The notes beneath the pieces were generated by a model. The model searched no databases. It was not told the origin of the DNA and saw only the letters and a program-made list of their open reading frames with translations. This document shows positions 25,201 to 37,200 of a stretch of 64,000 nucleotides of DNA, piece after piece (the stretch's first letter is position 1; every line of letters begins with the position of its first letter). Both the position numbers and the translations under genes were made by a program. Source of the stretch: Amphiscolops sp. MND2022 (Eukaryota); NCBI GenBank assembly GCA_964187785.1, contig OZ076409.1:94924001-94988000 (forward strand), written 5' to 3'.

Positions 25201-28200
25201 TGACTACAAACATTTTGTTGGAAAATTCTGAGATCAATATACAAAAACTTGGAACTATGCTTTTTATTACTGATTTCGTTTTGAATCTATTGTAGTTCAA
25301 ATTTCGAAAGCCCTGAGAGTTTAAAAAAAATAGTTTTTAATCTTTCAGACTCTTTTTCAACAAAAATATCCACTGAAATAATTTTTATTGCAGACCTTCG
25401 AAAAGAAACCTTCTTGAACAGGACATTTCAGGCAAAGAATCTTTAAAGCAATGTATCAAGATAGGGGCATAAAATATAGTTCTGAGAAACCCATATATAA
25501 CTATAGTTTGGAATACAGGAAAGCAGTTACAGACATGCTCAACATATTTTCCGCCCATATTTCATATCTGGGAAAGAAAGTAATCTCTCAAAAATTCTGC
25601 GCGGCCGTTAATTCGGTATATCGCTAATTATCGGTGTGAAAACTCTGCATCAGAGACACGAGGTGTGTAAGGTTTGGTTGGTGTACTGAATGATAGATAC
25701 AGTGTTGTGATTAAAAAATAGCCCCCCTATACGCTGAGCTTCGTTATCAACCAATTAGAATTGCATATTTGCTCTCACTTTCAATTGTGATTGATGCATA
25801 AAGTGGAATCTCCGGCGCAGAAAGAACGCTTCTGCTATTTTCCGTGTTTTGGGCTAGTTTTTGAAATTTTTTCTGAAAATTTTAATTTCATCGAATTCTG
25901 CAGATTGTATAGAATTCAATGATCAATCGCAGTTTTTTGCCGCGAAACGTTCATTTCCTATCTTCATACATGTAAATCAACAAAATTTTACCCTTCGAGC
26001 ACGATATTTCGAAAACGGTTGAAAATTTTAGAAATCGAAAAGTATCCATAGATTCAGTAGATTTGTGCGAGTTATTTGACTGTGCAAAAAAACTGTGAAT
26101 AAAACGGCCAAAAATTGGAAAAACGGAAAAAAAGTCCCAAATTTGCTCAAAATCAGCTATTTGTAACTTTCTCAATTCATGTCCCAGAAAAATTTTTTAA
26201 AAAATTCTAAATGATGTTTTTAAATTCTAAATTCTAAATATTTCTGATGTTTTTCAAAATTCTCAACGTATTTCGAGAAAATCGAGCCTAAAATTGCCCC
26301 GGGGGACATTTTCTTAATCACAGTACACTCAACTCCGCTTATAACGATTGGCCGGGGACCGGCGATTTTTAATCGCTATTTCCGAATATCGTTATAGACG
26401 AAAATCGTTATATACTAGCATCGTGGCCGGGACCGTGAAATTCTATCGCTATAACCGGAATATCGTTATAAACGTAATTGTTATAAACGAAGTTGAGTAG
26501 CTAGTGAGAGATGTAACCTCTGAGATGTAGAGTGACTCGAACTGCTGGGCGAGGAAGTAGCAGCCGGCCTTGACTGCGTTCGCATTCTCAGAGGCAGCAG
26601 CATCCCCCGCGCCCCCCAGGTCGTCCTCGTAGCTACTGCTCTCACTGTTGCACAACTCCATCGCCTGCAAAAACAACACGACGGAAACGTCTAAGGTCGG
26701 CGCTGAATCTAAGGCTCAAATGAAGCTTGAACCAATATATGGTTATTATTATATTATATAAAAGCGCCGACTAAAAAATGAAAGAAGGGACCTTTTGCAA
26801 TAGCTTAGATGCGTTTTCCAGGTATTCGTTCAAGTGAACAAACTGAACAAAACTTTCGTCACTTCGAGTCTGTCTTAAATAAAACGAGTGACTGTAATAG
26901 TCGGGCTCTTTTATTAAGTAAAAGCGCCGACTAACAAAGCCACTCTCAGAGTGACCACAGAACCCGTAGAAAACTAGTTATTCAGAAGAAGCTTGAACCA
27001 ATGACTGTATCTCAAAGCCCTAATTGTGAAGCTTTGGTTTTTTCCATTCAAATAAAAAATCAAATATAATGCGATATTCATTTAATTCATCTGTTTAATG
27101 TGGAACAAAACTTTTAAAGAACAAATTTGAATGAAACAAACTCAACAGAAGATACTTTCAGAGCCATAAGCCCCCTTGATGGAAGCTTCTCAATACATTC
27201 AAAAGAACTTGAGTTGGGTCTGATATGTTTTTACAAAGAAAAACATTTTCTGGTGGTTCAATTTCCTAACGTAGGAAAGGAAAAAATCTACGCCTATTGC
27301 TGGAAACCATGTGACGTAATCGAGAAATGACAGCCTCTGTTCCTACGAATCACTAGTCTGCTGCCGACGCAGTTCATGTCTGTCTAGTGAACACTTAAAT
27401 GCAACCCAGAGGGGTCATTTAAAATAAAGTAACTTCAAATATAGAGATACTTGGATGTGGAGGATAAAAACGTGAACATAAATAATATTGTCTGAACATT
27501 CTGAACATTACACAAAATCTAATTTTATAATCGACCATGATATCAATATCCTCGGAAAGAGTGGTTTCTTAAAACTGAATAAAACTTACTTCGGAGTGAA
27601 AAAGGCCAAGGTTGAGACTGGGAAAATCAAAACGACTAGAAAAGTATGAATCGGAGGACATTCAGGTCTAGTTGCCGAAAAAACTTTCTATTCAAAAAGA
27701 CCATCTATTTGTATCGCCAAGCCTCGCTAACCTCGTCGAATCTGTTGAGGAAACAAAGGACGCGAACTCGGGAAACAACATCGTTTGCCTTGCCATAGAA
27801 CTGCAGAGCCAAGTCGATATTCTGCGTCGACTCACAATACTGCGCCCACCATTTGTACAGAACTCTGAAAAAACATACCCAAGTCACTCGATTGAAGCAG
27901 CGGGAAAATGTTTTTCGGCTTTTATTTGAATGCGGCATATACCTTGAAATCCAAATTGAATTTCCTTTGAATGAAAATATTTACAAGACGGGAACGTCTA
28001 AAGTCGGAGCCCACTTAAGGCTCAAAAAGCGCAAAGTTCTAAAAATATGCTCAGCAATTTTTTAACACAGAGGCGAAGCCGTGCTTTGCAAACACTTACG
28101 AACTTTTGTAGAAAACCAAATAAGCAATATCATAAGAACCAAGGGTAAAAGGACATTAAAATTTCATCAATTTTACAATATACAGCGCCAAAAAATACCC

Positions 28201-31200
28201 GAAAGGATACGCATAAGTCTCGAAAACAATTCTCCCCCAACTGAAAACAGCAAAAAAAACCATCTTTCTCAACGAAAAACCGTTAAAAAAATAGACAATT
28301 GAAGAAAAAATTCGAAATTTTTCGAAAATATTTTTGATGGTCTCAGGTAAGTCGCATAGTGCCGAAAACCTTGAGGAGTCCTTAACTCTCGCAAAACTTT
28401 TCGTTTCTGGCAAAAATTGAGGAGGGGCTTCGGTGAAACAAATTTTTAAAAAAGTCGCATAGAAAAAACACCGGTCTTTTAAAACAACGAAAATCGGATA
28501 TACCGTGCCGGACCTGAGAAAACCTAATTTTAACACGAAAATCATTCCTTCTGAAAAATGTCACAATGCCGGAAACTGTGAAAGAGGGGACCCTTTGGGA
28601 TTTTTTAACATCCATTCTGATGCAAAATTTCAAAAAATTGAAAGGGGACTCTTTGAAGTCTTTCATAAAAAAACTTTCGAAAAAAATGAGAAACTTTAAT
28701 GGCAGTCTCATAGTGCCGAAAAATCTGAAAAAAAGACCCTTTGGGATTTTTTAACATCCGTTCTGTTGCAAAATATCAAAAAAAATGAAAGGAGGACTCT
28801 TTGGGGACATTTAAAAAATTTCGAAAAAAAAGTCTCACCAAGCCGAAAAGTCTCAGTGCCGAAAAAAGTGAGAACCTTCTGCTTCGGAATACTTGTTAAA
28901 CAAGACGGGAACGTCTTAAGTCGGCGCTATATCTAAGGCTCAAAAAAGCGCTAAGTTTTTAAACTTGTAAAAGGGGGGACCCTTTCAGCTTTTTGAAAAT
29001 CCAGTCTGTTGCAAAATATCAAAAAAATTGAAGGAGACAATAAAAAAATTCGGAAATTTTTTCGAAAAAACTTTCGAAAAAACGAAAAATGAGAATTTTG
29101 AAACAGTCTCACAGTGCCGAAAACTAGAAAGGGGGGACCCTTTGGGCTTTTTGAAACTTCAGTTTGCTGCAAAATATCAAAAAACTTGAAGGGGGACCGT
29201 TTGGGGACAAAAGAAAATTCGAAAAAAAGTCGCACAGTGCCGAAAAAAAATTCAAAGGGGGGACCCTGTAGTCCCGTCCGGTTTTGTACCTTACGTTAAA
29301 AATTGAGTACACGAAAGGGGGGACCCTTTGCAGTAACTCAGATGTGATTCCGCTTGCCGGTTCAGTACTTTTAGTAGTTCTGTAAAAAGTGCCCACTACG
29401 CATACATTCTGTGGTCTGACGAAAAAAAAAGAAAAAAACTTGCCACTGTAATAGTCGGGCTCATTTTGATAAAATGCGCCGACTAAAAATAAGCGCATAC
29501 CCACGGGTTCGAACACGAAACATGTGGATTGAAAAGCAAGCATCTTACCACTAGACCACGAACGCGTGAAATGTGCGACTTGCCGCGTGAAATGAGAGTT
29601 GTCGCGCGGAAAAAAAGCACCCGCACTTTCCCATAACACTTGCTTATCGCAAGTGAAATGAAAAACTCACATAAAAGTTTCGAAACACCCAAAGGGTGCC
29701 TTTGGTGCTCTGAAAACGCTTCAAACGTTTGCTTAGTGAGCAATAAAAGTGAGCAATAAATTTGCTTTATTGCTTAGTGAGCAATAAAAGTTAAAAAAAC
29801 TGAAGGGACATTAAAAAAATTTTCGGAGAAGTCTCCGGAAGCCGAAAAAAAGGGGAAAGTCTCATAGTGCTGAAAAAACTGGAAAGGGACCATTCTGCTT
29901 TGGAATGGTTTTGTATTTCATGTTGGAGGCTTTGGATGCGTTCAAAACCAAGTACTTATGTGCACAAAAAGTGGACCATTTAGAGTGAGACTGACAAAAA
30001 ATCTAGTCATGATCTAGACTAATAGTCGGGCATTTTTCCTTCAGGAAAAGCGCCGACTAAAAACAAGCCAATCTACTTACACGTCATTTTTGCTGTTGAT
30101 ATATTCCAGAAGCTTCCCGTAATCATCGCTGAGTATTCTGGGCACGTCGAAATGGTGCGTGTTGGCTTTCTCAAACCTTGGAAAAATAACTATGAAACAT
30201 TACTTATTATATAAACATTATTATTCCATCAAAGTTCTAATGAAACAAATAGTGCATACACTGGGGAACAAAAGTACACGTCATTTGGAAACTTGATAAG
30301 AGAACCAGAGCTATAGTAACCTGGCATTGGAATGGTAATAGCTCAAAAAAACACCTTCAAATTCTAAAGCGACTCCAGTTTTACAAAATTGTGAAAAAAA
30401 ATTGAAATTAACTTTGATTGTCAGCCTTCAAAACAGCGCCTAGTAAAATAGCGTCGATGAACACTTTTGTTGCCTAGTGTATTGTCCATGATTAAACAAC
30501 CTCTGCGAAAAAAAAAATATATATATAGCTGAAAGATCATTTTCCGTTTCAGTGATTCAGAGTGTAAAGACATCGACACAAACTAACAGTTTGATAGCTT
30601 TGTCTAAATTTTCTTCACGTTCATGAACTTGTTGAGCGAGTTGATTGGAGACGAGAGAACTGCCCTTTCTGCTGTTGGAGAAAACTGCGGCTTGCATTGC
30701 AGTCGCAGAGGCGTTGTGTTGCTCCAGGAACCTGTTATCACAAATGGCATCAACGAAATGTTTGCACACGTTGAATGAGGAACTTCTTAACAGGGTTCAC
30801 ATGAACAACGTAAATCCTATATAAAAATAGGCCTCTCCGGGGCTCAGTACCATTTCTGCTTTAATCTTTCATTAATAAAAGAATCATAATCTGGAACACC
30901 AATACACTCTTGTTTCATCATTATTTAGCACACAATTAATCACTGTACAAGTTTACACCGCCTTCAATTCTTCTCGGACTAAAGAAAACATAACTACTAT
31001 GCGTAGACCAAGTTTCGCATTCGTATTTGAATGCAGGCGAAGCTCTCCGAGAACAAATAATTAACACTCATTCGCTTCATCTCAATAACTCGGGGCAACG
31101 AAAGCACAACTACGAACATTCGCTCGCTTCATCTCAATGACGTTAGCATACGAATGAATAATTACCACTCGCTCGTTCCATCGGACTAGAATTGAATTGT

Positions 31201-34200
31201 CGTCGGCAGCTTGAGGAATTCAATTCTCACGCGTAACTGCCGAACAAAATATCTGAATTATTCAGTATCGTCCCAAGAATTGTACTGAAAAAAAGTAGAT
31301 ATTTTCGGATTTCAATAATATTCCTGCTAGAGCAGAAATATTATTAAAACCACAATGAGCATGATCCACGTAAATCGGAAAAGCTACAGAAGTTTGAGAC
31401 TCCCTAGTTTGGAAGAAACTGAAATCTTGCACTTATTTTGCAAGTTTCTTTCAAAACATTTTACTCTTGCAAGCCGGTGTCAGTCTTGCAAGAATCCTGC
31501 AAGACCATGCATATATTGCAAGACATCACAGTTGTGATAACGTAGTCAAAACCTCCACCAATTGCCGAAAACGATCATTTTTCGCTAGTTTTTGTGCGTT
31601 TTTTTTCCAAAACAAAGTACGCCTATTGTCAATTTAGGTTCTTTCAACCTAATTTCAAAGTCTTCATCATGTACAAAAAAGGGCTATGCGTTATTCAACG
31701 TACATCGAAACTGTGTTCCAAAAGTAGGCCTCCGGGGCACATTACTATTTCTGCTTTAATCTTTCATTAATATTAATTTAATTATTAATATTTTTAACAT
31801 CCATTCTGTTGCAAAATATCAAAAAATTGAAGGGGGACTCTTTGGAGTCTTTGAAAAATTTTCGAAAAAAATGAGAAATTTTAATGGCAGTCTCATAGTG
31901 CCGAAAAATCTGGAAAAAGGGGACCCTTTGGGATTTTTTAACATTCGTTCTGTTGCAAAATATCAAAAATTGAAAGGAAGACTCTTTGGGGACATATAAA
32001 AAAAATTCGAAAAAAGTCTCACAAAGCCGAAAAGTGTCATAGTGCCGAAAAAAGTGAGAACCTTCTGCTTTAGAATACTTGTAAAAAAATTAGCGCATAC
32101 CCACGGGTTCGAACACGAAACCTCTGGGTTGGAAAGCAAGCATCTTACCACTTAACCACGAACGCGTGAAACGTGCGACTTGCCGCGTGAAATGAGAGTT
32201 GTCGCGCGGAAAAAACACTTATCGCAAGTGTAATCACTGTACAAGTTTACACCGCCTTTAATTCTTCTCGGACTAAAGAAAAGATAACTACTAAGCGTAG
32301 ACGAAGTTTCGCATTCGCATTTGAATGCAGGCGAAGCTCTCCAAGAACGAATAATTAACACTCATTCGCTTCGTCTCAATGACGTCAGCGTACGAATGCA
32401 TAATTACCACTCGCTCGTTCCATCACACGAGATATTGAAATGTCGTCGGCAGCTTGAGAAATTTAATTTTCACGCTTACAGTCACTGCCGAACAAATATC
32501 TGAATTATTCAGTATCGTGCGAAGAATTGTACTGAAAAAAAGTAGACATCTTGAGATTTCAATATGATTATTTTATTTTAGAAAATCTGAAAAAATCTCG
32601 AATAGTGAGAATATGGACTAGCGGAGTTGACCATTCGGTGATCGACAGTGTTCAATAGAGAGAAAAAATCGAGAGGTTTTAGGACACCTCGGGAATTCTC
32701 TGTCGAAGCATGTAAATAACTTGAAAGTTTGATACTTTCCACGCAAATCTCTCGCAATTTCAAATCTTTTCTAGACAGTTCGCATGAATAATGCATTGTA
32801 ATGCAAGATCTTGCAAGTTAATTTCAATAAATATTTTTTTTGCAGCCTAGAGGTTTCGCAAGGTTCGATCCAGCACTATCGGATTGGCAATGATATATAT
32901 AAGTTGTAGGGAATCCGTTTGACTAGTACTTTTGTCGGCGTTTACGAACCTAGGAAAACTCGTCGAAAACAACTGGTCAAAAAAACTTGTCGCGAGCCCA
33001 GAAAATCAACTCAGCCAAATAAAGTGCTAATTTTGTGATCCTATTGCGTAACCAACACAGTCATTACTCTATAAACAATGTAAGACATTTAGAGCAATTA
33101 TCCAACAAAAAAAAACTATATTACGCGTAAAAGTAAAAATTTCACGCATCAATTAAGGAACTAATTCGCGATTAGCACTTCCGCAAAATTATTCATAAGG
33201 AGCATTTTTCTGGTGGGTTGATGACAGACAGTTGGCAATCTGTAATTTTTAGAGTTGGCACCTAATTAATAATCGATGAGTTCATTTTCGACCAGTTCAG
33301 TGGGCCTTCAATATCGACGAGTTTTCCGAATACCCTTGTCTAGAAATTGAAGACAAACACTATCTCGGCCGTTTTTTCCAACTGCGGACACTTTATTTAC
33401 TTTTAAACCTAAAACAGGTATGTAATACTTAAACCCCCAGCGTTAAAACTAAAGGATCATGGAAATGTGAAAAGAGGTATTCAAAAGGGGCTGCGATGTT
33501 ATTCTCGTCTACAGACAAAACCACCCATTTTACAGTGAGAAGCGCCCCAATACAAAGCGACTTGCTAATTTTTGAGATGATTTCACCGCCTCTCATTGAA
33601 TCTAATTGAAGGATGTTCAAACAAAATAAGACTTCACTGGTAATGCCACGTTCAAATTTTCACACATACAAATTCCAATTGCAATCGACTTAAATTGTCA
33701 ATTTTGGCATTTCTGTCAACAAAATATTAATTTCCTAAAGAAGCAATTAGTCAATACACTGTTTTAAAATGAATAAAAACTCACATTTATTCATTCAATT
33801 GGAGTGAGGAATTTAAAGTTGGTGGCGGAAAAGAGTAAGCAAATCCCATGATTGGGGCGGCGCTTTTGGCTGTGTATTTTGGGCGCTTTTTTCTGCTAAC
33901 CATTGTTGTCAATCAGTAATTTTCGTTTACCTGGCGTAGTTGTACTGAGTGGTGGTGAGGTGGATGCGGTCGTGTTTTTGCGCCACATGGAGAGCGTCCT
34001 CCCACTCGCCCTGTGCCTGGTGGATCTCGTTCAACAGGTCGTAGCGCCCACACCCCTTCAACAGCTTCTCCGCCTCGTCCTACAACACACACAGACAGAC
34101 ACGCTTTTTGTGGCACGTCAACGAACAAACAAACAACAACTGGCACTCTCTTCACAGCAGAGTTTTGACATCGCTTGTTTTTTCGCTTATCGCTAAACCG

Positions 34201-37200
34201 CTATTTCGCTGAACAACTTTTTAACGTTTTAACTATGACGCAACGTTTGACTTTGAGTATAATTTAAAAAGGACCGATAATTTAATCCAATTTTTGAAAG
34301 AAACAACAAATTTCTCTTTACTTTGTGAGTTTTCCGAGAGCAAGAGTTTGAATTTTTCGCAATTCACTTTGAAACTCCCTGTATGCTCTGAAGAAATTTA
34401 GAATTAGGACAATCTATTAGTTGCCGCTAAATTGAATCGCTAATAATATCGCTGAAAAATGTTGCGCGGCCGCTAATTCGTTAAACTTTAATGACCGCTG
34501 TCAAAACTCTGCTTCACCGAAACTTCCGTTTCAATGTTGAAATTTGATCAAAAGTTTACATCTTTGTACCCACCAGCAGCGAATTAGGCTTTACCAAAAA
34601 AAACGCGCTTATCGCTTGTTCCGCTTATGACTGGCACGTTAGCGCTTAAGCGGCTCTTTTTGGAAGAAAACTTTGGCTGTTTTCAGAAGCTGCAATTTCT
34701 TTACATTTTGAACTTTTAGTAATTTTTACTACATTTTTGCAACGAAGTACCAGCCCAAGAGACAAATCTTTCAATAGTACAGATGGCGGGTGAAACGCCC
34801 AGTATAAAAAAACTTGTCACTGTAAGAGTTCGGCATTTTGGGTACCAAAATAGCTAAAATTTCTGACCAATCAGACAAGCACAAATTTCAGTCGTCACTT
34901 TCGCTGTCGGTGCTTATTCGGATATTACGTCGCTTTCGCTTCTTTTGAGCTTTCGTTTACAAGCGACATAAATCACTTCCCACCAGAATCGACCGTAACT
35001 GCTCGTCACCAAGGGTTAGTACACAGTATACGATATGAAAATTGATACGATTTAAAAATTTGCTATACGAATTAGATTTAGAAAGATTTACTTATTATAC
35101 GAGCAAATTTTCGTGGCATTTTATCGTTCATTTCACTAAATCAGATTCAATGAAGTCAGATAAAAGATGACAATCACGACTTTTTTCCAACAAAAATTTA
35201 AAGAGCATCTGAGATGTCCAATGCATTTGAATGAGGACAAAAACAGAGCTTTTACAATGTCAATTCTCAAAAGGTCAACACGTAAGGGGAAAATATATAC
35301 AATTATAAATACGAAATATCATATACGATTACATTTTTAGTATACAAAAAACACTGCTTTTAAAACATACACCTGCCCCAATGGTAAAGAAAACGTAGCC
35401 AGAGCTTTTGTATCAAAATTACGAATAAACTGGAACCGTGAATTTTGGTTCTATTGACAATGTACAGTACTGTGATTAAGAAATCGTCCCCCTATGACGT
35501 TCTCAGCCAATTAAAATTGTTTCTTTACTCTCACTTTCAATTTTGATTGGCGCATCGAGTGAAATTCATGTTAATTGAGGAAATTTTACCTTTTGAGCCT
35601 GATATTTCGGAAACGGTTGATCCTTTTTGAAGACAAAATATATCTATCAATTCAGTAGATTTGTTGGAGTTAATTGAGCATAAAACTTGTCAAAAAACTG
35701 TGGATAAAACAGTCAAAAATTGGAAAAACGCAAAAAGTCCCAATTTTGCTCAAAATCAGCTATTTGTAACTTTCTCAATTTTTATCTCAGATGTATACTA
35801 GATGAAATTCTAAGAAACTTTTATTTGTTTTTTCAAAATTTCCAACCGATTTCGAGAAAATCGAGCCTAAAATCGCCCGACGGGGGACGTTTTCTTAACC
35901 ACAGTACTGTATCAATCAATCATAATCAGATGTATGAAGAGTGACGCACCCGCATGCCGAGTGCGATGGCGAGCATGGCGGTCTGGGCGGGCACCTCCAT
36001 GTCTGCGGCCTCTGCCTTGCGCAGCGCGTGGGTAGCCCGCAGGTTGCGCATGTTGCCCAGACACATCTTGGCCACGCCCAGGTTCTGGTTCTTCACACAC
36101 ATGCGACACATGTTCTCCCACACTGCCTCACTGCAACAGCCGAAAAACCCACCGTAGACAAACAACGAAACACACCCGCATTTGGTTCTTTCAAAAAAAG
36201 CCCCTGCGGGCACAGTATTATTTCGGCTTTTAGGCTTTCAGGTTCAATAATAGAAGCGTATCTTATTCATTTAAATAGCGCATAATCAATCACTCTACCA
36301 GTTTATACCGCCTTTAATTCTTCTCGGACTATGAAAATATAACTACTGAGCGTAAACGAAGTTTCGCATTCGCATTTGAATGCAGGCGAAGCTCTCGGCG
36401 AACGAATAATTAACACTCATTCGCTTCATCTCAATGACGTCAGCGTACGAATGCATAATTACCACTCGCTCGTTCCATCGCACGAGAAACGAATTGTTGT
36501 CGGCAGCTCGAGAAATTCAAATCTCACGCTTATACTCACTGCCGAACAAAATATCTGAATTTTTCAGTAGGTACTCGATACCACGACAAAAATTGTACTG
36601 AAAAAAGTTGAATAATTCAGAGTTCAATATTATTGCTGCTATCGCAGAAATAATAAAATCTCACTGCTCTGAATATTCTGTTTTTTTTCAATCCGATCGT
36701 AGTGACCATTTCGTGCCGAATGCCAAAATTCTACAAAAATTATTGAAATTGGCACATTAGTCGGAAAGGTCTCCCCATTCGTATTCTTCTCATATATTTA
36801 CTCGGGTTATAAGCAGTTGAGTGTTATTTCCGGAACTGTGCGACTTTCAAAAAACTTTCAATTTTCGAAAAGGGTCCCACAATTGTTATCTGTTATCAGC
36901 GAAGAAAACGATATGTATGATGCTAGAAAAAGGAATTCAAACGTTTCCATCAGAGCACGGCAAACATGTTTTAGGAAATTCAACAAAAAGAAGCTTTGAC
37001 AATCGGATTTATCGAATTGCTACTTTCATTGAAAATTAATTTTACTCAATTTACAAAGAATCCTACAGCATGTAAAGTTTTAATGAAAGTAGCAATTCGA
37101 TAAATCCGATTGTCAAAGCTTCTTTTTTGTTGAATTTCCTAAAACATGTTTGCCGTGCTCTGATGGAAACGCTCAAATTCCTTTTTCTAGCATCATACAT

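Noticed and set aside
32321..32503. Recurrent [18 protein letters not shown] (also 36376, 45518)
   Set aside because: It lies in the family C core, starts at TTG, and is broken by indels between copies; no evidence of coding constraint.
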